Shown: positions 49,097 through 59,367 of the stretch, one piece after another
Position numbering within the stretch: position 1 is the first letter of the stretch
Layout: the number at the start of each line of letters is the position of its first letter
Source of the DNA: a virus
Reading direction: 5' to 3' (one strand)
IMG/VR virus record: IMGVR_UViG_3300036818_000107
Location: 3,139-67,138 of that record
Length of the DNA: 64,000 nucleotides
Made by a program: the position numbers and the translations under genes
The notes under the pieces: model-generated
The model's database searches: none
Seen by the model: only the letters and a program-made list of their open reading frames with translations
Told to the model about the DNA's origin: nothing

Positions 49097-49302
49097 GAGG
49101 CAACCTTCCTTCTATCTTGTGCATACTTTATCAGCAGTTCCTTCTTGTGGATGTCAGTTTTGATCATGAGGCTCTGAATGTGCCAGTACAGTGTGTGTAT
49201 GCTAATATGCAGTGTCGTGCTTATGTCGTCATATGTGCAGCATTCTGCTAACAGACTGAGGACTTGCTCTTCTTTCGGTGTTATCGGGCCTACGCCTTTC
49301 AT
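49093..49302 (-). CDS. LuxR-type HTH regulator
   Basis: ITPKEEQVLSLLA..DIS..LHISIHTL..H. Confidence 0.8.
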   Translation of the reverse strand: MKGVGPITPKEEQVLSLLAECCTYDDISTTLHISIHTLYWHIQSLMIKTDIHKKELLIKYAQDRRKVAS

Positions 49303-49789
49303 GATGGACTCCCTTCTATCATTGGACAAAATTAGGGATTGTACACCTAATTTTAATTGGTAAATCTGATTCTGTCTTTCCTTAAAATTAAGTGTTTTGT
49401 AGCTATCAAAATGGCTAGATCGGCTTGAGAGGCGGATTTCTACTATATATGCGATACATGATAACCGTACATCCACAAAACCCGTCAGTGCGATAGATAC
49501 ATGTATGCTCGTTTTAATTCAGAGTAGAGAAAGAGGCTGTGCTCAAAAGTCCTAGTGATGAGTCTTTGTTCCGGCTTTTGCGATGAAAGTGGTATATCAT
49601 GCAGGTACCACTTCCGTGGCATGACAGCGTATGGACAAATGGTGTACAATAGATAACAGGTTAACAAATGTTTTGATAATAACAATTGCTTTACATTTGG
49701 TATAGAAATGGCAAGTGTAAAGATGAAACAGGCAATAAGGTCCTGGTCCCGTATCCTGTGGGGCATTAGAAGCATCTATGTATGTGAAG

Positions 49790-50233
49790 CTACTTGTAGA
49801 CGCAGACCACCGTATTTACATCTAGGCGCTCATCGATCATATGATCGAGCCCTAGGACCATCTCATGAATGCCACCATTCCAGTCAGGAAAGGGGTATTT
49901 GCCCGTGAAGCCGTCTACTGAGAGGGAACAAATATCCGCTACGAGCAAGCGAGCAAGCTCCAAGCAAACAAATATCTTGGTGGGGAGCGCTTTGTCGGGT
50001 CGTTGGCGGATATGGCTGCAGATAGCAGCATTCACACGCTCTATGGGTGTCCTGTCTTTCCTGTCAATGAACTTGGTGCGCAAAGGGCCGTCGCCTATGT
50101 CTTGGTAGTCGTCCCGTTTTTCCATGGTGGCGATAAGGTTTTGCAGGTACGCCTCTCTCTCAAGTCGGTCAGTATGGCGCTCGATACCCGGTAGTGGTGT
50201 GACTGGACTCTTTTTGTTTCTGAATTGACTCAT
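49790..50233 (-). CDS. Hypothetical protein
   Basis: ORF with RBS; minus-strand TTGACA promoter at about 50392. Confidence 0.6.
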   Translation of the reverse strand: MSQFRNKKSPVTPLPGIERHTDRLEREAYLQNLIATMEKRDDYQDIGDGPLRTKFIDRKDRTPIERVNAAICSHIRQRPDKALPTKIFVCLELARLLVADICSLSVDGFTGKYPFPDWNGGIHEMVLGLDHMIDERLDVNTVVCVYK

Positions 50234-50434
50234 TTCGATAATCCCTTGCTACATAGACGCAATAAGAGAAACAACAGCGAAAATATGCACCGTTAGGGAG
50301 ATTGTGTTATATAATGGATACCGAATGCAAGTTTTACAAGGCTGGCATGTACTAAGACTTGCACTATATCCCGAAAGCAAACCGCCTGTCAAGAGTTTTC
50401 AAGCCAATTTCCAGAACTGGGAAGGAACATGTAA

Positions 50435-51010
50435 ATGATACCTGAAGACGATATAGACCTGATGCATGATGCGTTACAGCTCTTTGGACAATTGTTCAAG
50501 GACCTATTGCTTGCCTCTCTCCTTTCTCAGAAAAAATTATCTGAAGAGGCAACGTCGCGACGTGATGCCCTCGTAGCAAAACGCAAGATCGTAGCAGGCG
50601 ATCCGCTCGTTGGTTCAATGGCCCAGCAGACAATTAGTAAAGTAATCTCTGGCCAACGACCGACCCCCGGCCAGCTTCGCATCTGGCTTGATTTCGTCAA
50701 AGAGTGGTTACAGAATCCCGAGATACAGGCCGAGCTGAGAAAAAATAATCTGCCTATCCCAGACCTGAACGAAGATTTTAGAAAAGCGCTCTATCGCCTT
50801 GCGCTCTACGGCACACCTGACGAGATTGAAAAAGCATATAAAGATTGGAAAGACGTTGATCTGCTAGAAGGCCATCAGCCCCTACAACACCACAGCACCT
50901 ACAATCTACCACTTATGAAGCAAAGAATGGAACAAGAGACGGATACCAATTTACGCCGCATCACTGAAGGCCATATCCGTCAGGTGCGCAAAGCTGAACT
51001 GCAGCACTGA
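50435..51010 (+). CDS. XRE-like HTH protein
   Basis: LSQKKLSE..QQTISKVISGQRPT. Confidence 0.6.
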   Translation: MIPEDDIDLMHDALQLFGQLFKDLLLASLLSQKKLSEEATSRRDALVAKRKIVAGDPLVGSMAQQTISKVISGQRPTPGQLRIWLDFVKEWLQNPEIQAELRKNNLPIPDLNEDFRKALYRLALYGTPDEIEKAYKDWKDVDLLEGHQPLQHHSTYNLPLMKQRMEQETDTNLRRITEGHIRQVRKAELQH

Positions 51011-51124
51011 GTTATGGCCTTCTCCTCTCTGAGAACTAAGTATACCTGAGAATTCGACTTTGGGTCGGTACCCCTTTGGGTATTTTTGCACTATGCTGTC
51101 ACGAAAAAGTGAAAGCCTTGTGCT

Positions 51125-51367
51125 ATGTCGCTCAAAGGTCCGTTCGGTGCTCATCTCAGAGATTTACGCAAGGGTGCCGAACTCACCCAGGCCCAACTAG
51201 CCGAGCTGACAGGCTACTCACACGATCAGATCTCGATGATAGAGCTAGGCAATCGCGCCCCATCATTCGAGCTGCTAGAAGCTCTTGCGGTAGCTCTTCA
51301 CTGTCATCCGCAAGAGCTGTTCAATTTCCCTTGGCCAGAGAGCACTAGCGATGTAGCAGACCTCTAG
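51125..51367 (+). CDS. XRE-family HTH regulator
   Basis: LTQAQLAELTGYSHDQISMIELG. Confidence 0.9.
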   Translation: MSLKGPFGAHLRDLRKGAELTQAQLAELTGYSHDQISMIELGNRAPSFELLEALAVALHCHPQELFNFPWPESTSDVADL

Positions 51368-51370
51368 TGC

Positions 51371-51580
51371 TCACAGCCTCTTCAAAAACGCTTTGCATGC
51401 CTCCTTCCCTGCTATCCTCTCTAGCTTTTCCACATCATCCCACATGCGCTCCATGCTCGCAGTAGCAGCAGCATGGCTAGCGACTGGTGTAAAACCGTGC
51501 AGTGCTCTCTTGCCTGACTCACACTCAAGCTCAATTTGCTGCTTTAAACGCGCTACTTCGCTTACATGTTGATTTTGCAT
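51371..51580 (-). CDS. Conserved hypothetical protein (SEVARLKQQI family)
   Basis: Resembles a family I recall from Ktedonobacteria; unverified. Confidence 0.55.
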   Translation of the reverse strand: MQNQHVSEVARLKQQIELECESGKRALHGFTPVASHAAATASMERMWDDVEKLERIAGKEACKAFLKRL

Positions 51581-51939
51581 CCTATGCCCTTTCAAATAAC
51601 CCGCCTCTGAGCAGGTAATCATATTCGTGAAAATCTCCTTTCTTGTGTAATCTTCTTCGCGTTGTGCTCAAAACGCACTTTCTGAGCATACATCACAATG
51701 TTACAACAATGCCTGCCAACTTAGTGGCGTTTTGGTGTGAATTTGTTAACACATGGGACTAATGTCTTAACAAAATCTTAACCTTGGTTTAACCTCATCT
51801 GTACGATATTGTGATATTCGTGCCTAGTAGAATTCGGCAGAGAAATGAGTGGATTTCGCTAGCAAGAATATCGAAAATGCTGTATGATACATGCGTGTAG
51901 AAAGTTCATAAAAATTCATGAAATGTAAAAAGAGATGTA

Positions 51940-52161
51940 ATGTCATCATTACGATTGCAATTTGGGCGACGCCTCGCACTTCTCCGCAGGCAGAGCGGCT
52001 TCTCTCAAACCGAGTTGGCATTTGAGACGGGACTATCTAGAGATCAGATAAGCCTGATGGAGACGGGCAAATCTGGTGCGAGCTTCGATTCCATGGAAGC
52101 ACTAGCTGAAGCGCTGAGTGTGGAAGTCTGGGAGTTGTTGTACTTCAGAGATCTGGCATAG
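51940..52161 (+). CDS. XRE-family HTH regulator
   Basis: FSQTELAFETGLSRDQISLMETG; paralog of 51125. Confidence 0.9.
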   Translation: MSSLRLQFGRRLALLRRQSGFSQTELAFETGLSRDQISLMETGKSGASFDSMEALAEALSVEVWELLYFRDLA

Positions 52162-52214
52162 AGCACAAAAAAGACGGCACCCCGAAAGATGCCGTATAGT
52201 GTGAGGTCTGCCTG

Positions 52215-52952
52215 CTAGATCTTGTTCAGATCTGCCTGTAACGATGCCCAATCTATCGCATTAGGTGCTTTACCACCATTGATGAAATCTTGCGAGAGGA
52301 TAGCATAACTCTCATCTGTGTAGCGGTCAAAGAATCCCCAGGTCATCTTTTTTAGTTCACCCCAGGTCACGACCGTGAGATCATGCGCAGAAAAAGATAT
52401 TACGGGTACGGCGTGTCCGCCCCAACTTCCTGGCTGCGCATCCGGTCCGCGTGTCACTGACCAAATGCCCTGATTTTGCGCTGAGAGAGGCAAGGCAAGG
52501 CCGATATAGCATCCACCGAATAAGTAGACGCTCGCTTTGATATGGCTGTGATTTCGTGGCTCACACGCAGCATAGGCCCAAATCTTGCGTTGAGCGATGC
52601 CAGTCTTCCTCCAATAATTCAACACGTCTAGTTCGACTGCTCCATCATCGTTTGCGCCTGTAGCAGGATCGTAGCCGCTCACAGCAGCGTAGGCACTGAT
52701 GATATCGCTATCAGCAGGCACAATCTCAGTGCTAGCATTAGCTGACCATTCTTCAATCAAGTGCCCTGCTCCCGAAATTGTGCAACAGCCCAAATTATCG
52801 TTACACATCATGCCCCATTCTCGTACCTTGCCACTCCAGTCTTTTTGTGCTGGGATAGGTGGCAATTTGCCTGTGTTGAGGTAGTTTGCCAAGTGTAGCG
52901 TCCTTGGGTCGTGTCGAGGTGCTAATTTACCAAGTTTCAAAGTATCCTCCAT
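52215..52952 (-). CDS. Papain-like (C1-type) cysteine peptidase
   Basis: NDNLGCCT, GGHAV, VTWG; bounded by terminators at about 52166-52197 and 53009-53040. Confidence 0.75.
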   Translation of the reverse strand: MEDTLKLGKLAPRHDPRTLHLANYLNTGKLPPIPAQKDWSGKVREWGMMCNDNLGCCTISGAGHLIEEWSANASTEIVPADSDIISAYAAVSGYDPATGANDDGAVELDVLNYWRKTGIAQRKIWAYAACEPRNHSHIKASVYLFGGCYIGLALPLSAQNQGIWSVTRGPDAQPGSWGGHAVPVISFSAHDLTVVTWGELKKMTWGFFDRYTDESYAILSQDFINGGKAPNAIDWASLQADLNKI

Positions 52953-53124
52953 GAATTTATGTTCATTCTACCACACTTGAGTATGACAGCTTGTTCATGG
53001 AAGCGGACAAAAAGAAGAGCCAGACTGTGTAATCTGGCTCGTGTGCCCTTCTTAGGGGCCTCGCATATCGTCCTCGCTTTCCCTTTGTACGATGGATATG
53101 GGGACATTTTACCATGTGCTCATC

Positions 53125-53439
53125 CTATTTCACGATAGGCATTCTCCACACCTTTACACGCCACTTCAGCTCTTGCCACATACGCCTTACAGACCTGACG
53201 GGATGTTGCCATTCCCACCAGAACGTGTATAGCCTAATTACCCGTGATATCTTCACTCTTGCCCTCTTCTTTCTTCTTGAGCAGTTCTTTGCGCCTCTCA
53301 ACGATATCCTCCTGAGAGCGAAATTTGAACTGCTTATCACTGCTGTAGTTGGCTCCTTTTCGTCCTGGAGCCACTTTCGATGTCTTGAACTTTCCCATGA
53401 TAAATCCTTTCTATGCTGTTTCGCGGCTATGTCCAGCAA
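53125..53439 (-). CDS. Basic hypothetical protein
   Basis: Coupled to the upstream gene. Confidence 0.45.
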   Translation of the reverse strand: MLDIAAKQHRKDLSWESSRHRKWLQDEKEPTTAVISSSNFALRRISLRGAKNCSRRKKRARVKISRVIRLYTFWWEWQHPVRSVRRMWQELKWRVKVWRMPIVK

Positions 53440-54179
53440 TAGCCGCTATCACATGCTTCTAGCAAATCACCTTCTGAGTTCTTGCCCTTGGGGGCAAATT
53501 GTACTTCTTCTAGAGGCAATCCGCTTTTGTGCAACCGGACCTGATGAGAAGCGAATATCTGCTTATCAATCCGCACAGCCTCGTTCCATTCCTCTGGCTC
53601 TTGCTTGACTTCTATCCATTCGTCGTCTGGCTGGTGTGGGCACATCTTGCAGCGAGACTTGATAGGTTCAGGTAGCCCGTAGCTGGTGATGAGGTCCCTG
53701 CATTCTCCTCTGGTCATCTTCACATCAAAGCAAAGAGGCCAATGGTTCTCTACCCAGTCGACTGTTGAATGCTTCAGGCGGTGGATCTCGTCTAGGGACA
53801 TGCCTAGCCACATCGTTACCCCGTCTGGATTAGCTTTAAATCCACCGATGTACCGGCGCACCACTAGCGTTTTCCACTCCGAAGAACAAAACGTTGGAAG
53901 CTTTGCATTTTGCGTAAAAGCAGGAATAAGCACCTCTCCCTTATGAGAATACAAATCTACCTTTGCAAGAGAATGAGGCGCTATCTCAATCTCCAGTCCC
54001 ACTTCCGCTAGCATAGGCTTGACATACTGCTCTGTGTACTCCCAAGTCTTTTTGAATTCGAACCCGGTGTCTGCCATGACAACTCTATCTGGCTTTGGCA
54101 GACGACCTTGATGGATGAGGACAGCAATCGCAATCGACTGCGTGCCCCCACCATTGCTCCATATAATTGGCTTACTCAT
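53427..54179 (-). CDS. PAPS reductase-like / PP-loop protein
   Basis: SNGGGTQS, ADTG.E, C..EWK, KSRCKMCP. Confidence 0.8.
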   Translation of the reverse strand: MSKPIIWSNGGGTQSIAIAVLIHQGRLPKPDRVVMADTGFEFKKTWEYTEQYVKPMLAEVGLEIEIAPHSLAKVDLYSHKGEVLIPAFTQNAKLPTFCSSEWKTLVVRRYIGGFKANPDGVTMWLGMSLDEIHRLKHSTVDWVENHWPLCFDVKMTRGECRDLITSYGLPEPIKSRCKMCPHQPDDEWIEVKQEPEEWNEAVRIDKQIFASHQVRLHKSGLPLEEVQFAPKGKNSEGDLLEACDSGYCWT

Positions 54180-54943
54180 TTATGCTGTCTTTTCCTCTAG
54201 TGCTACTATCTGATCGAGCAGCACTAAAATCTCATCCGTCTCCCTAGTCCTCTTGATCTTCCCCTTGGCTATCGCCTCTCGAATAGCCCTTGCTCGCTTC
54301 TCAGGATTTAGAGGCGGCAATTTGGGGAATAGTGGTTTGTCTAGTTGCATGGTACCTTCCCGGCTAGTCCTGCTAGCAGCCTCTTCGTTTCGCACGTTGG
54401 GCAATAAATCTCTTCTCCCTCTCCTGATGAGCAATCCTCACATACATATTTATTGCATCTCTCACACACATATAGCTCATCTACTGGAAAGAACTCTTGA
54501 CACGTCTCGCATGGCTCCATATCGAACTCACTTTCTTGGGCCATCTCACTTGAGACGACCCATTGCTTGCTAGGCAACTAAGCATGTACCCACCCGCGCG
54601 ATGTTTCCTTTTGCCATTGCCCATTCTTCCACCTGATCGGAAACTTTTTTCCACGCTGCTTAGGCTCAGGTATAGGTGCTGTTTCTGTATGGTCAGGTTT
54701 AGTCTCACCTCCATTAGGCATCCTGTATGTCCATCCTCGCTCGTCTTGGTAGCTGGTATTGCTTATGGGCGTTACCGGCTTCCCTAGTGCTTCACGGGCC
54801 TTCTCTGGACTTGCAAACCAAGAATCAAAGGTGGCATAGCGCATTCCAGTCGGCCAATAATGGATAATTTCGATCGGCTCACAAAAGGATATGCTTGTCC
54901 CTTTTATGCATATCCACCCGTTTCTTTCTACTAATGTATCCAC
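54180..54943 (-). CDS. Three small hypothetical genes, including a Cys-rich zinc finger
   Basis: Coupled ORFs ending at 54180, 54341 and 54578. Confidence 0.55.
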
Positions 54944-54992
54944 AAAATCTCACTTTCTGAGGGCCACCCTCACCGAAGATGGCCCGTGCTTG

Positions 54993-55733
54993 CTATGCGC
55001 TTTTTTGCTTCTGTGCCTCAATTTTCGAGAATAGCTCTACTTTGTGCTCTGCTGTGAGATTTGAGACTTGCGCCTGTAAAGCATAAATCTTGAACTTGCT
55101 CCACCGTGTCTCTATCTCGTTGTCAGGTATTCGGTAGACTTTCGCCCAGTCGGTCTTCAGCCCCTCTTCAGTAAGAGTGTCACCGTCTATCATGGCTATG
55201 CGCCCGTTGCCATACAGACCGTTACCAAACTGCTCTCCAAACGTTCTGAGGGCTCGCTTGACCGCATCAGTGACAGCGCCTTTCTCAGCTTGCTCATGGG
55301 ACTCCATAATTATGGTCCTGGCCAGGGATACCTCGAAAGGATTGAAGGGCGAGTCATCAATCTCTGTATTTTTCTCACTTGCCTCTTTCCTCCGCTTACC
55401 CATGACATGATCTTCAATGCTAGCTGTGGCGACGGGTTGACTGCCAACTTCAAACACTGGAATACAGCCCCGGACGTCGAGTCTCACCTTGGCTTTGTAG
55501 CAAGCGCCCACAGCCTCGCCGGTTAATATGTCCCTGATGATCGTCTGCTCGCAAGAGAGGGTCTCATATCCCCAACAACCGTATCCAAACAACCTGTCTG
55601 CTTGGTCTATCGCATCGTGACCCTCTAGGTAGCGAAGCTTGCGACCGCTTGCTCCTTTGCGGTCACTGATAAATCGTTTGTCGAGAGCCTTGTCTAGCTC
55701 TTTGAGCTGCTTCTCACTGAATGGACTTTCCAT
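54993..55733 (-). CDS. Rad52/Sak-like single-strand annealing protein
   Basis: YLEGH..A..LFGYGCW, AEKGAVTDAVKRALRTFG..FGN.LY. Confidence 0.92.
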   Translation of the reverse strand: MESPFSEKQLKELDKALDKRFISDRKGASGRKLRYLEGHDAIDQADRLFGYGCWGYETLSCEQTIIRDILTGEAVGACYKAKVRLDVRGCIPVFEVGSQPVATASIEDHVMGKRRKEASEKNTEIDDSPFNPFEVSLARTIIMESHEQAEKGAVTDAVKRALRTFGEQFGNGLYGNGRIAMIDGDTLTEEGLKTDWAKVYRIPDNEIETRWSKFKIYALQAQVSNLTAEHKVELFSKIEAQKQKSA

Positions 55734-55852
55734 GATGATAATCTCCAATTCTTGCAATACTATGTTACTATTCTCTGGGACTGACCTCTTAACACCAGTC
55801 CCAACTATCTCAACAGGGAAGGCTTCTCACCATGCTGCCTTCCCATCCACAT

Positions 55853-56200
55853 CTAGAATTCCTCCCATCCACAGTACGCCAACCTCACTTGATCGTTGAG
55901 CCTTTCGCGTTCTTCCCAAGTCGGCTCAAATGCCTGCTCTCGCTGAAATGCGTTCCAAGCCTGCTGACCTTGTGCATCCAGGCCGTCTGGATCGACATCC
56001 TCTATCGGGAATTGCTGTGTCTGATGCTCGATAACGACTAATTTTCTTAACCTGTTGTATGGCAATGTGTGCCAATCGGCTAACTCACTGTTACCTGATT
56101 TAAAGGTAACAGTTCTTTCGAGGTGATTTACTGCCATCACCTCTCCACCATATGCGGCACCGTTTGGGATTGCAACATCCCCTACTTTCACATTTAACAT
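55853..56200 (-). CDS. Hypothetical protein (variable cassette Y)
   Basis: AAGGAG RBS inside the 36-bp repeat. Confidence 0.7.
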   Translation of the reverse strand: MLNVKVGDVAIPNGAAYGGEVMAVNHLERTVTFKSGNSELADWHTLPYNRLRKLVVIEHQTQQFPIEDVDPDGLDAQGQQAWNAFQREQAFEPTWEERERLNDQVRLAYCGWEEF

Positions 56201-56228
56201 TTGATAATGCTCCTTCCCTTTCGGGCTG

Positions 56229-56391
56229 CTAAAATTCTACTAAAAACTCTTCACTGTCACCATCTACAGGAATAATGTCCTTATCAGCATAGGTATAGCT
56301 ATCTCGACGCATCTTGTCTAATTTGCGCATCAGCTCCATTTTAACCTTTGCCTAGCTCTTTGAGCTGCTTCTCACTGAATGGACTTTCCAT
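56229..56391 (-). pseudogene. Out-of-frame fusion of the Rad52 start and a 3' half of a 56881-gene homolog
   Basis: MESPFSEKQLKELGKG* followed, in another frame, by AKVKMELMRKLDKMRRDSYTYADKDIIPVDGDSEEFLVEF*. Confidence 0.8.
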
Positions 56392-56516
56392 GATGATAAT
56401 CTCCAATTCTTGCAATACTATGTTACTATTCTCTGGGACTGACCTCTTACACCAGTCCCATACATCTCAACAGGGAAGGCTTCTCACCATGCTGCCTTCC
56501 CATCCACATCTAGAAC

Positions 56517-56855
56517 TCATCCAAGACACAACGGACAAACACAATTGCAAGTGTGGTCGCAATCATCCTCGTCCTCTGAGACACACCTATGAGCATGCAG
56601 CATCCCAGCCGCTACGAACTCACCACACTTGCATACACCCGCATCATACGGAGTGGGCTCTAGCAGGCTCAATCTTTCAGCTTCAGAGGGCACTAGGGCC
56701 GTGTCGAGCTGCTGCATTCCTTGCTCGCTCGACCAGGGCAGAGATATACGACCTGCTACATCCCGCTCAGCATGGAACTCTGCATTTGTTGGACAACCAT
56801 GACACCATGGATCACGGCATTGTGGGCAAAGATCTGAATGATAGCTATTTAACAT
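56517..56855 (-). CDS. Cys/His-rich protein (variable cassette X)
   Basis: Same RBS and MLN start as cassette Y. Confidence 0.7.
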   Translation of the reverse strand: MLNSYHSDLCPQCRDPWCHGCPTNAEFHAERDVAGRISLPWSSEQGMQQLDTALVPSEAERLSLLEPTPYDAGVCKCGEFVAAGMLHAHRCVSEDEDDCDHTCNCVCPLCLG

Positions 56856-56880
56856 TTGATAATGCTCCTTCCCTTTCGGG

Positions 56881-57084
56881 CTAAAATTCCTTGCTGAACT
56901 CTTCACTGTCCCCGCTCAGAGGAATAATATCTTTGTCAGCATAGGTGTAACTGTTTTGACGCATCTTGTTCAGTTTGTGTAGCAGCCCCATTTTTGCTTT
57001 TGCTGCTCTCGGATTGCTATCATGTGCATCTATCTCGACAATAGACTGCAGATAGAGCAAATCGTCAACGGTAAGTGTGTTCAT
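56881..57084 (-). CDS. Hypothetical protein
   Basis: RBS; diverged partial copy at 56229-56350. Confidence 0.7.
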   Translation of the reverse strand: MNTLTVDDLLYLQSIVEIDAHDSNPRAAKAKMGLLHKLNKMRQNSYTYADKDIIPLSGDSEEFSKEF

Positions 57085-57109
57085 TGAATTGTCCCCTTTC
57101 CCTTTCGGG

Positions 57110-57598
57110 CTATCCGACTTTTAATAAATTGAAAGGCTTACTTCCGAAGTTGCCTTTATTCGTGAGGTCCGTTGAGACTGCCGTCTTCCGGTACCCGCGT
57201 AACTCAACGGATAGATCCATTGCAATCGGTGGCACAATCTCCTGTGCAGGCATCTCAACAAGAGACTCTGCAACCTGCTCTACAATCTCAACGGTCATGT
57301 ACTGCTGAGCAAGCTTCTTTGCGAGCTCTGCGCGATACTCAGACCACTCACGGGCTTCCTTTTGCTCAGGAGTCTCTGCTCTCGCAACTTCTAGTGCTTG
57401 GAGCTGATGTTTGTGGTAGCAGCCCTTCTTAGAGCGACTAGGACAACTGCACCCGGAAGCCTCACCATTGACGATTGTGGTGCAATAAGTGCTCTTGCCG
57501 TCAGAGCTTTTCACCAGATAGGTTACCGTGCCATTCAACTTACCGTTGGTTTTGTGTGCGTACCGTGCGATGATGGTTACTTGCTTCGTGGTTTTCAT
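57110..57598 (-). CDS. SWIM zinc-finger protein
   Basis: Y.V.S..Y..GCSCPS....CYH. Confidence 0.75.
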   Translation of the reverse strand: MKTTKQVTIIARYAHKTNGKLNGTVTYLVKSSDGKSTYCTTIVNGEASGCSCPSRSKKGCYHKHQLQALEVARAETPEQKEAREWSEYRAELAKKLAQQYMTVEIVEQVAESLVEMPAQEIVPPIAMDLSVELRGYRKTAVSTDLTNKGNFGSKPFNLLKVG

Positions 57599-57641
57599 TG
57601 TCCTTACTCCTTAGTGTTTTCGTTTCGCTTGGTATGTACAG

Positions 57642-57737
57642 ATTATGCCATAACATCGTGGCATTGTCAAGCACTTTTTAGTCAATTTTAGACCAATTTT
57701 TTAGATCCTTGATATTTCCATGATTTCGTGGTATCCT
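57642..57737. promoter_or_regulatory. Divergent promoter switch with CCA-N8-TGG operators
   Basis: Minus strand TTGACA(57670)-17-CATAAT; plus strand TTGATA(57709)-17-TATCCT; related inverted repeats in both spacers. Confidence 0.75.
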
Positions 57738-57768
57738 ACTCATATCGAAAGAAAGAAAGGAGGGAAGG

Positions 57769-58071
57769 ATGGAGGAAAAAGACAGGACTGTACAAAAGGC
57801 CGTCAAGCTTCTAAGAAAGCATGAAAAACCGCTTATAAGGGAGCTGGGAGCATCGGCTTTTGATCTACTCACTCCTACACAAGCAGCAAATGAGCTGAGT
57901 GTAGGAGTACCACGTCTAGGAGATCTTGTCAGGCAATGCTGGTTAGCAGCTGCTCCTGATAAAGACGTTGGGCATGCTCATCAGTACTACCGATGGAGGG
58001 TAGAGTTTGTGAAGCGGTATCGGACAACTTATAAGAAAGCAGCACAATCTGAAGAGACGAATGCTGCATAG
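57769..58071 (+). CDS. HTH regulator (candidate repressor)
   Basis: LLTPTQAANELSVGVPRLGDLV; divergent from the early operon. Confidence 0.7.
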   Translation: MEEKDRTVQKAVKLLRKHEKPLIRELGASAFDLLTPTQAANELSVGVPRLGDLVRQCWLAAAPDKDVGHAHQYYRWRVEFVKRYRTTYKKAAQSEETNAA

Positions 58072-58180
58072 ACCAGACATAGAGGCGCTCCGACCAAGAA
58101 TAACCTCTATGTCTGACTATTAGTGAGTGTTCCCAGAGCAGTCAACTCATAGGAGCACTCGAGAATAAGGATATCATACG

Positions 58181-59200
58181 ATGAAAGACAATTTATCACA
58201 GCCAGAATTGGTGATTTTTACTCTTGGTGCATCTCCCGCCGCATTATTAGGATTAGGATATACAGGGAGTCATGAATTGCCAAATGATAAAGAGAAAAGA
58301 CTTGAGTTAGAATTTGGCAAGTCTCTCTCTGGTCAAGGAATTCCTGTTCAACATCAAGTTCGATGTGAGCATGGTATTGCAGATATTGTAACACCAGATG
58401 CCATCTATGAGGTAAAAGCATCACTCTCTAGAGGTAATATCTATAGAGCAGCATCCCAAGTGCTACTTTACCGGAATTGCATCAACCCATCCGCCAAAGC
58501 TGTCATAGTTGGATATCCAGACAGTAAAGAACCTGTAAATGCAGGGATAGCCAACGCTTTAGGGATTGAGATGATTGTCTGCAAGGATGCAGTTGCAGTA
58601 AAAGAGCAAAAGGTAAAAAGGGAAAACGAACAAAAAATCAGACACATTGACCTTGATTATGCAACATCACATCTAATATGTATTCACACCGCAAAGTTTA
58701 GCGGAGTAGATACATTCATTCAAGGTTATATTGAGGGATATGCTCAACCTGTCACTATCATTCGTAGAGATGACAAACAAAGCACCCAGGAACTTATGGA
58801 TCAAATTAAGGATCAGCCTTGGTGCAATGTAAATCTCTTACGAGACGGAAGGTTTTACGAAAGTCTTAATGTTACAGACACGTGCCCTTGTTCAACTGCT
58901 TTAGGAAAAGGATGTTCTTGCCCTAGACATAAGCCCAATATAGACTTTCCCGATTTCCCACAAATGCCCTTGCATCAAGAAATGATTGAGTTCTTTAAAA
59001 ATTCTCAGGCTAGGGCAAACGAGGAAACAAAGGAACTCATAAAGCCGTTTTCTGTAGAAAATTTAAGAAGCTACAGAGAGAGCAAGCTTCAAGATATTAG
59101 ATGGGCTAAAGAAGAGGATGATGCATTAGCGCTATTCGGATTCACAGAAGATTTAAAGATATGTGAAGATGAATTGCGAAGAAAACTGAACTTGCAATAG
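58181..59200 (+). CDS. PD-(D/E)XK nuclease-domain protein
   Basis: G.ADIVT.DAIYEVK..QVLLY; AT-richer than its flanks. Confidence 0.7.
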   Translation: MKDNLSQPELVIFTLGASPAALLGLGYTGSHELPNDKEKRLELEFGKSLSGQGIPVQHQVRCEHGIADIVTPDAIYEVKASLSRGNIYRAASQVLLYRNCINPSAKAVIVGYPDSKEPVNAGIANALGIEMIVCKDAVAVKEQKVKRENEQKIRHIDLDYATSHLICIHTAKFSGVDTFIQGYIEGYAQPVTIIRRDDKQSTQELMDQIKDQPWCNVNLLRDGRFYESLNVTDTCPCSTALGKGCSCPRHKPNIDFPDFPQMPLHQEMIEFFKNSQARANEETKELIKPFSVENLRSYRESKLQDIRWAKEEDDALALFGFTEDLKICEDELRRKLNLQ

Positions 59201-59367
59201 CTCATACGATAAGCACATAGGTGGTGATGTTGCGCAATTTCAAATTATCGTACACAATGGGGAGCTTGTCGCACAATTGCAATTCCCACTTGTAGAAGAG
59301 GCGAAGTAGTATAGTGCTGGTGTGAAGGGACCCACTTCCTTCGCACCAGCTAAGAAAGGATACATAC

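Larger units (their letters stand above)
55694..56882. repeat. Direct repeats: about 165 bp (55694-55858 / 56352-56515) and 36 bp (56192-56227 / 56847-56882)
   Basis: Near-identical sequence read directly. Confidence 0.92.

Noticed and set aside
55694-56515. Repeat pair as a DGR template/variable region
   Set aside because: No reverse transcriptase is present and the differences are not adenine-specific.
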